This document shows, piece after piece, positions 33,603 through 43,065 of a stretch of DNA of 64,000 nucleotides (its first letter is position 1; every line of letters starts with the position of its first letter). This DNA comes from an uncultured Erysipelotrichaceae bacterium (GTDB taxonomy: Bacteria > Bacillota_I > Bacilli_A > Erysipelotrichales > Erysipelotrichaceae). The notes under the pieces are model-generated. The model saw only the letters and a list, made by a program, of their open reading frames with translations, searched no databases and was not told the DNA's origin. The stretch is taken from assembly GCA_937874965.1 (NCBI GenBank), contig CALNCD010000068.1, positions 10,886-74,885 on the forward strand. The letters are read 5' to 3'. The position numbers were made by a program, and so were the translations under genes.

Positions 33603-34283
33603 ATGAAACTCTTGTTAACCTCTGGCGGGATAAGCAACGACAGTATAAGCAATGCTTTAAAAGCAATGCTGGCCAAGCCCATCTCTCAATGTCATGCCCT
33701 ATGCATTCCTACAGCGAGTTATGCCTTGAAGAACGGCGTTGTAAACGCATGGAACTTTCTGAGGGGTTACGATGAAGCACCCATGTGTAACTTGGGATGG
33801 AAATCCATGGGTGTTCTGGAATTGACCGCCTTGCCAAGTCTTGATCAGGACCTTTGGCTGCCTGCCCTTAAACAGGCAGATATTCTCCTGGTCAACGGTG
33901 GTGATCCTCTCTATCTCTCGTATTGGATGAGGAAGTCCGGAGTGGCTGATCTCTTGCCTGATTTAGATCTTGTGTATGTCGGAATGAGTGCAGGCAGCAT
34001 GATTATGGCACCGCGAATTGGTGATGACTTTGTAATGTGGACTAAGGAAGGACTCACAGATAAAACCTTAGGCTATGTTGATTTTGCGATATTCCCTCAT
34101 TTAAATCACGTGCTGCTGCCTGAAAACACCAAGGAACAAGCAATATCCTGGGCACATTCGATTCAGATTCCTGGTTACGCAATCGATGATCAGACTGCAA
34201 TCCAAGTCATCGACAACACCGTTTCCGTTATTTCAGAAGGCGAGTGGTATTCCTTCGATTACACCAAAGAATCCCGCGGCTAG
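33603..34283 (+). CDS. Peptidase S51 / type 1 glutamine amidotransferase-like protein (dipeptidase E-like)
   Basis: 226 aa, MKLLLTSGG start, nucleophile motif GMSAGSMI, FPHLNH. Confidence 0.8.
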   Translation: MKLLLTSGGISNDSISNALKAMLAKPISQCHALCIPTASYALKNGVVNAWNFLRGYDEAPMCNLGWKSMGVLELTALPSLDQDLWLPALKQADILLVNGGDPLYLSYWMRKSGVADLLPDLDLVYVGMSAGSMIMAPRIGDDFVMWTKEGLTDKTLGYVDFAIFPHLNHVLLPENTKEQAISWAHSIQIPGYAIDDQTAIQVIDNTVSVISEGEWYSFDYTKESRG

Positions 34284-34386
34284 AGCGGAATCGCTTGTAC
34301 TCCACGCCGGATTATCCTGATTACCGGGGAAATAATCTGTTCATTAATTAAGAAAAGGCGCCATATGGCTGGCGTCTTTTCAATAT

Positions 34387-36327
34387 CTATCGGACAACGC
34401 TGCCATTGGGCAACCCTGCATTTTGTGATTCAAGAACTTCCAGGACTGTATCATCGTCATTCTCACCGACCAGAAGCATTCCCTGGGATTTTTCGCCGCG
34501 CAGAACAGCTTCTTTGAGATTGACAACGACAACGACCCGTTTCCCCACCATCATTTCCGCAGTGTAATGAGGCTTGATACCGCTCACCACTTGAATGGTA
34601 TCATATCCCATATCAATCTGCGAAACCAATAACCGATCAGCTTTCGGATGGTCCTTGCAGGAAAGAATCGTCCCGATTCTCAACTCAAGTTTCCCGCAGT
34701 CATCAAAGGTGATTTCCGGCTTATGTTCAACGACAGGCTTAGTTGTTGCTTGCTGCTTGCTTTCAAATCGGGACAGCGTCTCATCGACATCAAGTCGTGC
34801 AAAGAGGATTTCCAACGTGTCCGAAATCTGCACGGTGTCTTCCAGATGCCCAAAGGATGCCACACTTTCCAATGATCTGACATCTGTATTGATCTGATCC
34901 AGAATCCGTTTGGAAGTGTCAGGGATATAGGCCTGCAGGATGACGGCTGCAATCCGGATACTCTCAACAAGATTATAGAGAACCGTCTTTAACCGTGGAT
35001 GTTGCTCCTGGTCTTTTCCAAGAATCCATGGCGTGGTCTCATCAATATACTTGTTGCATCGTCTTAAGAGATCAAGAATCTCGTCGATAGCATCAGCGAC
35101 ACGAAGAGAGTCCATTTTCTCTTCCACCCGTGAAAGCAATGAATCTGCCATTGCGACCAATTCATCATCGATAGCTTCATGAACTTCTGTATTCTCTACG
35201 GTTCCGTTGAAATACTTGGCCGACATCGTCAACGTCCTGTTCACTAAGTTACCCAGCGTATTCACAAGATCAGAGTTGATCCGCTCAATCATCAATTCAT
35301 AGGTGATGTGTCCATCCCGCTCAAACGGCATTTCATGAAGCATGATATAGCGGACCGCATCCACACCTAATACAGCAACCAGATCATCCGAATAGATGAT
35401 ATTTCCCAGGGATTTACTCATCTTGCCATCACCAACCAGAAGCCACGGATGACCAAAGACCTGCTTAGGCAGAGGCAGGCCCAAGCCCATGAGCATAATC
35501 GGCCAGTAGATGGTATGGAAGCGAAGAATATCCTTACCGATCAGATGGACATCGGCTGGCCAATACTTTTCAAAAAGGTTATCATGATGGCCATCAACAT
35601 CATAGCCCAATCCTGTAATATAGTTGCTTAGGGCATCAATCCAGACATAGATGACATGCTTGGGATCAAAGTCCACTGGAATTCCCCAGGAAAAACTCGT
35701 CCGTGAGACCGCCAGGTCTTGCAATCCGGGCTTAATGAAATTGTTCAGCATTTCATTGCGCCGTGATTCCGGCTGAATGAATTCAGGATGACTCTCGATG
35801 TATTCTTCCAGCTGCTTCTGATATTTGCTCAGTTTGAGGAAATAGCACTCTTCTTCAGCATGCTGAAGTTCCCGACCGCATTCCGGGCATTTGCCGTCCT
35901 TCACCTGAGATTCGGTATAGAACGTCTCTTCATAAATACAGTACCAACCGGTATACTTTCCTTTATAGATATCACCCTTATCAAAAAGTCTATCGAAAAT
36001 CTTCTGTGTCTGGCGTTGATGATAATCGTCTGTCGTCCGAATAAAGTGGTCGTATGAAATGTTCATCTCATCGAAAATTGCCCTGATTATTCCGGCAATC
36101 TCATCCACATAGGCCTGCGGAGTGACTCCAAGTTCCTTCGCCTTGGTTTCAATCTTTTGTCCATGCTCATCCGTTCCGGTCTGAAAGCGCACATCGTAAC
36201 CCTGAAACCGTTTGAAACGCGCAATACTGTCTGCCAATACAATTTCATAGACATTGCCGATATGCGGTTTGGCACTCGTATAGGCAATTGCTGTTGTAAT
36301 ATAGTAGTTCCCTTTGTTAATGGTCAT
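34387..36327 (-). CDS. metG: Methionine--tRNA ligase with a C-terminal tRNA-binding (EMAP/Trbp111-like) domain
   Basis: 646 aa, HIGN (HIGH), KMSKS, zinc knuckle CPECG, C-terminal KLELRIGTILSCKDHPKADRL. Confidence 0.97.
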   Translation of the reverse strand: MTINKGNYYITTAIAYTSAKPHIGNVYEIVLADSIARFKRFQGYDVRFQTGTDEHGQKIETKAKELGVTPQAYVDEIAGIIRAIFDEMNISYDHFIRTTDDYHQRQTQKIFDRLFDKGDIYKGKYTGWYCIYEETFYTESQVKDGKCPECGRELQHAEEECYFLKLSKYQKQLEEYIESHPEFIQPESRRNEMLNNFIKPGLQDLAVSRTSFSWGIPVDFDPKHVIYVWIDALSNYITGLGYDVDGHHDNLFEKYWPADVHLIGKDILRFHTIYWPIMLMGLGLPLPKQVFGHPWLLVGDGKMSKSLGNIIYSDDLVAVLGVDAVRYIMLHEMPFERDGHITYELMIERINSDLVNTLGNLVNRTLTMSAKYFNGTVENTEVHEAIDDELVAMADSLLSRVEEKMDSLRVADAIDEILDLLRRCNKYIDETTPWILGKDQEQHPRLKTVLYNLVESIRIAAVILQAYIPDTSKRILDQINTDVRSLESVASFGHLEDTVQISDTLEILFARLDVDETLSRFESKQQATTKPVVEHKPEITFDDCGKLELRIGTILSCKDHPKADRLLVSQIDMGYDTIQVVSGIKPHYTAEMMVGKRVVVVVNLKEAVLRGEKSQGMLLVGENDDDTVLEVLESQNAGLPNGSVVR

Positions 36328-36403
36328 AGAATCTCTCCATTCTGCCCTTTTATTCTATCATACTTCTCTCTAAAGTCGAACAATCTATCCGTTAGGAATC
36401 AAT

Positions 36404-36433
36404 AAAAAGGAGTAAATCAATCACGATTACTCC
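36404..36433 (-). terminator. Terminator-like hairpin inside the metG 5' leader (possible attenuator)
   Basis: Minus strand: GGAGTAA-11 nt-TTACTCC followed by TTTTT, about 75 nt upstream of the metG ATG and about 235 nt downstream of the fur-family gene terminator. Confidence 0.5.
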
Positions 36434-36669
36434 CTTATCCTACTCTTTTTTCAACGGGCCCTGATCAACCGATTGAAATCCACTCAAAACGATAAATCAA
36501 TCTTTCAAGAAATAGCCTGATTTCCTGCCATGAACATCCGTCAATAGCCACACAAGCACCATCAATCACCGAAGCAATACTGAGAGAGGATAGTATTGGA
36601 TGCTACCTCGTTTATCGACTTCTCTGGAAACATGTGTTAATACAAGACAAGCTTCACTACCCTGAATAC

Positions 36670-36694
36670 AAAAAAAGACGAGATTTCTCTCGTC
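36670..36694 (-). terminator. Intrinsic terminator after the Fur-family gene
   Basis: Minus strand: GACGAGA-gaaa-TCTCGTC followed by T7. Confidence 0.85.
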
Positions 36695-36712
36695 CTGCAC
36701 AGCGAAAACTGA

Positions 36713-37105
36713 CTAGGACTTCCCTTTAGCCAGACAATCTTTGCAGATTCCATTAAATACAATAGAATGTGAATGAATTTCTTCTTCACACTGCTGCTTT
36801 GCCAGTTCATCAATCTGTTCCTGATACGGTAATTCAATATCAAGAACTCGTCCGCAGGCTTCACATACCATATGATAATGCGGATGGGTATTCCCATCAT
36901 AGACATAGCCACTCTCTTGATGGAGCACCCGATTGATCTGATGCGTTTGGTAAAGCATATTCAAGTTCCTGTACACTGTTGCGAGACCAATTGTCTCATT
37001 GTTTTCCTGCAGCTTCAGGTAAACCTGTTCCGCGGTCAAGTGATCTTTGGACTGCATCACAACCGCCAGTATCATCTGTCGCTGCTTTGTATTCTTTAAA
37101 CTCAT
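36713..37105 (-). CDS. Fur-family metalloregulator (Fur/Zur/PerR; subtype not assignable)
   Basis: Start at ATG 37105. NTKQRQMILAVV..HLTAEQVY winged helix, HHHMVCEACG and CKDC metal-binding motifs. Confidence 0.88.
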   Translation of the reverse strand: MSLKNTKQRQMILAVVMQSKDHLTAEQVYLKLQENNETIGLATVYRNLNMLYQTHQINRVLHQESGYVYDGNTHPHYHMVCEACGRVLDIELPYQEQIDELAKQQCEEEIHSHSIVFNGICKDCLAKGKS

Positions 37106-37318
37106 CGCTACCACTCCGTTTTCCACAGTATTATATCACATCTTTATCGTTATATCGTCGAATTACGTAAAACCTTTCTGCTATATTTTAAGAACTGCTG
37201 ACCAATCAAAACAGGACATTAACCGGATTAAACATTCACGAATACTAAACCATTCAATCATACATCTTGCATTACTTCTGGCGAAAACCTCTGCAGGAAC
37301 CCGATACTGATTTCACTA

Positions 37319-38176
37319 TTATTCTGATTTTGAACCATGGATCAAGCTATAGATCCGGTTCTTCTTCGCTCCGGTTTCTTTCACCAGAGTTGTAATGGCA
37401 TCCTTACGTGTCATCCCTTGACCTATATAACGCTCATACTGGCTGAGAAGGGCTATCTCATCAAGGTCATCTTCCTGCTTATCCATTCCCGTAATCATCA
37501 AGACAAACTCGCCTCTATTCTCTATTTGATCAAACTGAACCAATTCTGCAAGCGTACCCCGATAGAAGGTCTCATACTGTTTGGTCAATTCCCTCGCCAA
37601 TACTGCCGGTCTGGGTCCAAGGATATCCAGGCAAAGCGCCAGTGTTTTCTCTAGCTTATGGACAGAAACATAGAAAACCAAGGTACAGGATACCGTTTTC
37701 AACGCCTCCAGTTCCTTACGGATAATTGAAACATTCGAGCCAAGAAATCCATAGAAAAGAAAAGGCTGAACCCTTAGTCCCGAGCTGACCAATGCATTCA
37801 AAAATGCACTGCTGCCGGATACCGGAACAACTGGATAACCTGCATCGCTGACGGCTGCCACCAACTCTTGGCCTGGATCGCTGATCAGCGGATAGCCTGC
37901 ATCACTGACCAAGGCAATGCTTTTATCACTTCCAAGTATTTCCAAGAGTCCTTTGATGCTTTGCTCGGTATTATGGGCATGATGGGCAATTAATGGAGTC
38001 TTGATCTGAAAATGCTGAGTCAGCTTTTTGGTATGACGGGTATCTTCTGCAGCAATGACATCCACCTGATTAAGAATAGCCACAGCCCGCGGAGACAACT
38101 CCTCAAGATTCCCGATCGGTGTTGCAACAAGATACAACGTCGGTTTCTTCTCTATGAAACTCTGCTGAATCTTCAT
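37319..38176 (-). CDS. rsmI: 16S rRNA (cytidine1402-2'-O)-methyltransferase
   Basis: 285 aa, LYLVATPIGNLEELSPRA, AEDTRHT, SDAGYP(x2) motifs. Confidence 0.95.
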   Translation of the reverse strand: MKIQQSFIEKKPTLYLVATPIGNLEELSPRAVAILNQVDVIAAEDTRHTKKLTQHFQIKTPLIAHHAHNTEQSIKGLLEILGSDKSIALVSDAGYPLISDPGQELVAAVSDAGYPVVPVSGSSAFLNALVSSGLRVQPFLFYGFLGSNVSIIRKELEALKTVSCTLVFYVSVHKLEKTLALCLDILGPRPAVLARELTKQYETFYRGTLAELVQFDQIENRGEFVLMITGMDKQEDDLDEIALLSQYERYIGQGMTRKDAITTLVKETGAKKNRIYSLIHGSKSE

Positions 38177-39021
38177 GCAGGATCTTTCCCTTTATAATTT
38201 GTTCTGAATTCATCCAGATTGATACTGGTATAGCCGTTTCCATCATAAAGTTTAATCTCGTTTGAACAACAGCTGATTGTATTGACTTTATAGCGGTTGC
38301 CCAGATAGTTTATGAAATCATTCGGTTTTGGTAACCCTGTACGGCATGTTTTATAAGTATCATCCTCATATTTCAGACAGCACATCAACTTGCCGCATTG
38401 TCCGGAAAGCTTCTGGGTATTAAGTGCCAGCATCTGATTCTTGGCCATATTGATGGAAATGACATCAAAATCTGTTTTATAACGGGAACAGCACGTTTCC
38501 TGTCCGCATATTCCTATGGCACCAACCATCTTTGCTTTATCCCGTTGACCGATCTGCCGCAGTTCAATCCGGCTGCGGAAGGATTGTGTTAACTCTTTAA
38601 GAAGATCCCGGAAATCAACCCGCTCATCCGCAACGTAGACAAAAGAAATCTTGGAGCGGTCCAGCGTGTATTCTGCACTGACTAACTTCATGGTGAGCTT
38701 TAATTTGGAAATCTTCTCTTCACACACCAGCATGGCTTGCTTTGCATCTTTCCGGTTTTGTTCATAACTGGCCAGATCATGGGCACTCGCCCGACGGATA
38801 ATCGGTTTAAGTTCAACCTGTACACTGCGTTCCTGAGCATTCTCAAGATTGCTGACCATCCGTCCCAGTTCATGACCGCGAACCGTTTCCACAACAACCT
38901 CATCTCCAAGCTTCAAGGATGGATTATCAGTGCCGAATGAATACGCCTTTGATCCGTTTTTGAAACGAACCAGACCCACATATGTAAACTCTGCCGTCTC
39001 ATTTTGATTTTTATGATTCAT
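38173..39021 (-). CDS. ricT: PSP1-domain protein RicT/YaaT
   Basis: 282 aa, PSP1 core with a Cys cluster ICGQETCCSRY ... GKLMCCLKYE. Conserved position after holB. Confidence 0.9.
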   Translation of the reverse strand: MNHKNQNETAEFTYVGLVRFKNGSKAYSFGTDNPSLKLGDEVVVETVRGHELGRMVSNLENAQERSVQVELKPIIRRASAHDLASYEQNRKDAKQAMLVCEEKISKLKLTMKLVSAEYTLDRSKISFVYVADERVDFRDLLKELTQSFRSRIELRQIGQRDKAKMVGAIGICGQETCCSRYKTDFDVISINMAKNQMLALNTQKLSGQCGKLMCCLKYEDDTYKTCRTGLPKPNDFINYLGNRYKVNTISCCSNEIKLYDGNGYTSINLDEFRTNYKGKDPA

Positions 39022-39979
39022 CTGTAGTCCTCCCGAGCATGTAGCACATCTGATCGACCAGCAATGGCAGATTGACAGACTTGGTTAATCTATCTCTAAT
39101 TGTAATCGAGACGAAAAGATAATGCAAAAAATGTTTTTGATTCTTCTCAATCAAAGCCGTGGACAATGAATCAAATACACCGTTTTGCGTATTCACCAAT
39201 TCTTCCAGCATGAGAATAAATACATCCAGGAAAAGCTTGAATTCCAGATATCCATTCCCGCTTTTACGCGAAACAAAATTCTGAAGGTAAATCATCCCGA
39301 CAGCAGGCTTCCGGAAGAGTTCACCGGCTATTTCCTTTAATGACCCAATAACGTTTTTGAACTGAGGATCTTCAGCGTGATCCATCATCTGCGAAAGATC
39401 CGGATACAACCGGGCTAAGAAGAAGGCTTCTTCATGATCAACACCTTCAGTTTCTGCGAGTTGCTGGAGCTTCTCAGGATTTGCTTGTTCGAAGCGGAAA
39501 ATCTGACAGCGAGATTGTATGGTTTCCATTACATTATCCAGGGAAGAAGCAATCAATATACCGATAGTGGATTGCCCTTCGGGTTCTTCCAGAAACTTCA
39601 GAAGGGCGTTCATGCTTTCTTTGGTTGCTTGATCAACCCCGTTAAGAATATAGACTTTCTGGGCGTTTTTCTCCAGAGCGGATGTCGAAAACTGCCGTTG
39701 GATTTTTAGGACATCTTCTTTTTTTATCGATGTTCCGCTCCCATCCAGTTCAATGATATCCGCAAACTGATGCGCAAATACACGACGGCAATGATCGCAT
39801 TGTTCACATGCAATCAAGCCTCGCTCGCAATTGAAACTCGCCGCCATAAACAGTGCCGCTTCTCGCGTCAGATGATTACCAACCAGCAGGTAGGCATGGC
39901 TGCGCTGTTCCCGTTCCAATTGATGCTTGAATATCCGGCTGAAGATCGGTTGCTGCTGCTGAAGGGTTTCCCACATCAT
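39011..39979 (-). CDS. holB: DNA polymerase III subunit delta'
   Basis: 322 aa, HAYLLVG, zinc-module-like CEQCDHC, SRCQIFRF. Follows tmk. Confidence 0.9.
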   Translation of the reverse strand: MMWETLQQQQPIFSRIFKHQLEREQRSHAYLLVGNHLTREAALFMAASFNCERGLIACEQCDHCRRVFAHQFADIIELDGSGTSIKKEDVLKIQRQFSTSALEKNAQKVYILNGVDQATKESMNALLKFLEEPEGQSTIGILIASSLDNVMETIQSRCQIFRFEQANPEKLQQLAETEGVDHEEAFFLARLYPDLSQMMDHAEDPQFKNVIGSLKEIAGELFRKPAVGMIYLQNFVSRKSGNGYLEFKLFLDVFILMLEELVNTQNGVFDSLSTALIEKNQKHFLHYLFVSITIRDRLTKSVNLPLLVDQMCYMLGRTTDES

Positions 39980-40602
39980 GCAGCTCTCTTAAGAATGTCA
40001 TCGACAACCCATTGTGCATTCTCTTCAATCGGCTTTGTTCCATCAATGATGACCATCCGTTGCCTGAAATACGCCAAGACTTCCTGATAACCTTCATACA
40101 CATCACGATGGAATTGATTATCTTCGAGTTCCAGACGGTCCAGCGCCGTCCGTCCTTGATTGATTCTCTCCAACCCCGTCTGATAATCAATATCCAAAAA
40201 GTAAGTCACATCCGGCATCGTATCTTCCACCGCAAAACGATTTAGCTCAAGGACTTCATTGAACCCGATTCGGCGTCCGTATCCTTGATAAGCCAAGGAA
40301 CTATCAATAAAACGATCACAGATAACCAGTCTTCCTGCCTGAAGCGCCGGCCTTATATTCTCAACGACATTCTGCCGGCGTGATGCAGCATACAGCAATG
40401 CTTCTGTACGATCATCCATCTCTGTATTCTTCGGATCCAGAATAATCGCCCTGATCTTTTCAGACACCTTGCTTCCCCCTGGCTCACGAGAGTAAAGCGA
40501 ATCCACGCCACGGCTTTCTAAAATTTCGCAAACCCGTGTGCTCAGTGTCGTTTTACCGCTTCCGTCTGGACCTTCAAATGTCACAAATAATCCTTTCGTC
40601 AT
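39976..40602 (-). CDS. tmk: Thymidylate kinase
   Basis: 208 aa, FVTFEGPDGSGKTT P-loop, DRFIDSSLAYQG. Confidence 0.96.
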   Translation of the reverse strand: MTKGLFVTFEGPDGSGKTTLSTRVCEILESRGVDSLYSREPGGSKVSEKIRAIILDPKNTEMDDRTEALLYAASRRQNVVENIRPALQAGRLVICDRFIDSSLAYQGYGRRIGFNEVLELNRFAVEDTMPDVTYFLDIDYQTGLERINQGRTALDRLELEDNQFHRDVYEGYQEVLAYFRQRMVIIDGTKPIEENAQWVVDDILKRAA

Positions 40603-40685
40603 AGTTCACCTCATCCTAATTATACCGTACTTTCCTTTAATTTACAGATGAATCGTCTTCATATATAATGATTCCAGAGGTACCT

Positions 40686-41222
40686 ATGAAACTATATGAA
40701 AAAACATTGACTCAGAAAAGAGTCTTCACCGGTCACTTGATTAATGTCCGTCAGGATGTCGTTGAACTCCCCGATGGAAGGGAAGCAGGACGCGAAGTGA
40801 TTGAGCACCCTGGCGGCGTTTGCGTTGCGGCGCAGCTTGACTCTGGAGAATTCATCGTCGTTGATCAATACCGCTATGGTGTAAAAGCGCAAAGCACGGA
40901 ATTTCCAGCTGGAAAACTTGAATTGAATGAAGATCCTGAACAAGCAATCCTCAGGGAACTCGAAGAAGAAACCGGCTATATCACCCATCACCTGGTTCCC
41001 ATGGGGTACCTGGATCCCTCACCGGCCTATCTGAGTGAACGGATATATTTGTATTACGCTGATCATCTGGAATACAAAGGGCAGCACCTTGATGAGGGTG
41101 AACTTCTGAATGTTCGCCATGAATCCCTCACTGCCTTGCATCAGCAAATTCTGGAGAACACACTTCATGATGCAAAGACGATTGCTTTAGTCCTTAAAGT
41201 CAAAGCCTTGCTGAGCCAATAA
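40686..41222 (+). CDS. ADP-ribose pyrophosphatase-type NUDIX hydrolase
   Basis: Start at ATG 40686. Nudix box GKLELNEDPEQAILRELEEETGY. Confidence 0.88.
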   Translation: MKLYEKTLTQKRVFTGHLINVRQDVVELPDGREAGREVIEHPGGVCVAAQLDSGEFIVVDQYRYGVKAQSTEFPAGKLELNEDPEQAILRELEEETGYITHHLVPMGYLDPSPAYLSERIYLYYADHLEYKGQHLDEGELLNVRHESLTALHQQILENTLHDAKTIALVLKVKALLSQ

Positions 41223-41233
41223 GACCAAAAGAA

Positions 41234-41258
41234 AGACAGGAATCAACGCCTGTCTTTT
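41234..41258. terminator. Bidirectional intrinsic terminator
   Basis: AGACAGG-aatcaacg-CCTGTCT flanked by A- and T-runs. Overlaps the last codons of the 57-aa ORF. Confidence 0.75.
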
Positions 41259-41416
41259 CTGTCTTGGTAATACTGCGCCAATACCACGATGCCAAAGAGA
41301 ATTACATAGATGCTGTAATCACTAACCACCGTATAATCAAGTACCAGCAGAAGAATAAACAAACCAAATACTGCAGCAAACATGCCGAGAAGCACTTTCG
41401 TGATTGTCTTCATCAT
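41243..41416 (-). CDS. Small two-TM membrane protein (57 aa), not in the ORF track
   Basis: ATGATG start whose first ATG shares a base with the TGA of the upstream gene (TGATG). Translation MMKTITKVLLGMFAAVFGLFILLLVLDYTVVSDYSIYVILFGIVVLAQYYQDRKDRR. Confidence 0.55.
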   Translation of the reverse strand: MMKTITKVLLGMFAAVFGLFILLLVLDYTVVSDYSIYVILFGIVVLAQYYQDRKDRR

Positions 41417-41727
41417 CAGCGTCCCGTTACAAGCGAGTAAAACTTGTTTTCAAAGCCGGCCATCAAAAGTGATCCGACAATCAATCCGAATGTTCCTACA
41501 ACACCAGCCCGAACAAACCATTTTTGTGACTGATACTGCTTATTGGTGTACCCGGCATAATACAGTTTGCTGCCAGCGTATTCCCCGCTGGCATAGATTC
41601 CTCGACCGATGGTGACACATCCCGCAATTATTCCGATGACCGATACTGTTGTTAACGCAGATCCTTCGGTTCTGGTCATTTCCTGTGCTGTGAGATCTGC
41701 ATAGCGATACGGTAAAACCATTTCCAT
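41416..41727 (-). CDS. Gly-rich 103-aa protein with a double-glycine-type leader-like N-terminus (bacteriocin-like or small membrane protein)
   Basis: GGAGGGA RBS. The N-terminal ..YADLTAQEMTRTEGS resembles the LTEKEMANIIGG-type leader. The remainder is Gly/Ala/Tyr-rich with two hydrophobic stretches. Confidence 0.6.
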   Translation of the reverse strand: MEMVLPYRYADLTAQEMTRTEGSALTTVSVIGIIAGCVTIGRGIYASGEYAGSKLYYAGYTNKQYQSQKWFVRAGVVGTFGLIVGSLLMAGFENKFYSLVTGR

Positions 41728-41881
41728 TTCTTTCCCTCCATTCTCACGCAGCCTATAGGCTTGCTCGTTTATAGTACCTACTGAATGGAGAACCTCCTAG
41801 ATATTTTGGCTGAATTTCTTCATATGTCCACTATTCTAAAGATTTTATATCGGAAATGAACAGAGTTTCACACTTACACCT

Positions 41882-42436
41882 CTATTTCATGAACAAGTAA
41901 ATAAGCAAGGCGCCTATTCCTGCCAATGCGACTGCGGACATCAAGAAAATAAAGAATTCCATCTTAAAACTGTATATTACAACAATGCTGAACAACGTTG
42001 TGATGACAAGCACGCCTATTTTCACCGCTTGCGGAATCGCTTGAATCAAAAGAAGACCCAGACAAATAAGGACTAGTCCGCCTAAGACAAGCGACAGATA
42101 GCCGCTGCTGGTCAATCCCGGAGTTTCAACAGTATGACTCCATAGAACTTCAATTACACCAATCAAAGCAAGACATACTCCGATAATATCAGTTGCATTC
42201 ATTCTTTTCTGCTCCTTTTTCAGTTTTTCAGTATACTGATGATCCTGTTGAATAATATCATCCAACGAAAGATTCAAATATTTAGCTAAGACAAGCAAGG
42301 TTTCAAAATCCGGATAACTGTTGCCTGTCTCCCATTTCGAGACAGCTTGACGGGTTACATGCAGAGTCTCTGCAAGTTGTTCCTGGGTGAGTTTTCTTGC
42401 TTCCCTTTGCTGTCTGATCATTTCTCCAAGTTTCAT
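41882..42436 (-). CDS. XRE-family HTH regulator fused to a 4-TM membrane domain
   Basis: 184 aa, N-terminus LGEMIRQQREARKLTQEQLAETLHVTRQAVSKWETGNSYPD (Cro/C1 HTH), then hydrophobic segments. Confidence 0.85.
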   Translation of the reverse strand: MKLGEMIRQQREARKLTQEQLAETLHVTRQAVSKWETGNSYPDFETLLVLAKYLNLSLDDIIQQDHQYTEKLKKEQKRMNATDIIGVCLALIGVIEVLWSHTVETPGLTSSGYLSLVLGGLVLICLGLLLIQAIPQAVKIGVLVITTLFSIVVIYSFKMEFFIFLMSAVALAGIGALLIYLFMK

Positions 42437-42649
42437 ACATCCTCCTTGTGCCTACTGTATCATCTACGTTGATCAAAGCCTAGCAACCCGTAGATGCAAC
42501 TGCGCAACTGGCTGAAAAAATCCACTGGACGCTTCTTTGGTTCTTCTGCAAGCAAAACTTGCTCAGCTTCTTTCATTGTCCCGTTTACTCTCTTTGATTT
42601 TGCTTCTTAACATTCTGTCAACAGGTGATGATTCCCTTATTTCGGGTAT

Positions 42650-42671
42650 AAAAAAAGCCTCGCTTGAGGCT
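42650..42671 (-). terminator. Intrinsic terminator after divIC
   Basis: Minus strand: AGCCTC-aagc-GAGGCT followed by T7. Confidence 0.8.
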
Positions 42672-42993
42672 ATTCAGTTCCTGGTAAGATAAAGATCTGT
42701 TCATCCTGCTTTGATAGCAGCAAAGAACCACGGGCATAGACTTTAACATAGTCCGGATCTTCTAATTTTGTCTGTTGCGAGGTCAGTGCCTTATTCTGGG
42801 ATTCCACTTCCGTAAATTTCGCTTGTGTTATCGCCAATTCACTCTTAAGATTCATGGTATACATGATCTGCTGAACGACTTGTACAATCATGACAACTGA
42901 AACCAAAAATAACAAGAGCAAGACGAGACGTGATGCAATTTTCTTTGATTTAATCTGACTTTTTGTTCTCGAAATTGACTTCGATGCTTCCAT
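42670..42993 (-). CDS. divIC: Septum formation initiator family protein (DivIC/FtsB)
   Basis: 107 aa, single TM then coiled coil, C-terminal EDPDYVKVYARGSL. Synteny rqcP(yabO)-divIC as in Bacillus. Confidence 0.8.
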   Translation of the reverse strand: MEASKSISRTKSQIKSKKIASRLVLLLLFLVSVVMIVQVVQQIMYTMNLKSELAITQAKFTEVESQNKALTSQQTKLEDPDYVKVYARGSLLLSKQDEQIFILPGTE

Positions 42994-43065
42994 TTCATCA
43001 CTTCCTTACATAGTTCATTATACTGATACAAATCTTTTTTGCAACCCTTCCCTGACTTCAGAGGG

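Noticed and set aside
36328-36712. Calling the metG leader a T-box riboswitch
   Set aside because: There is no GGGUGGNACC-like T-box sequence or matching antiterminator. It is kept only as an unclassified leader in the findings.
37127-37318. Possible Zur/Fur autoregulatory box (..TACGTAATTCGACGA..) upstream of the Fur-family gene
   Set aside because: Only one half-site resembles the TCGTAAT-n-ATTACGA consensus and the palindrome is imperfect. Too weak to report.
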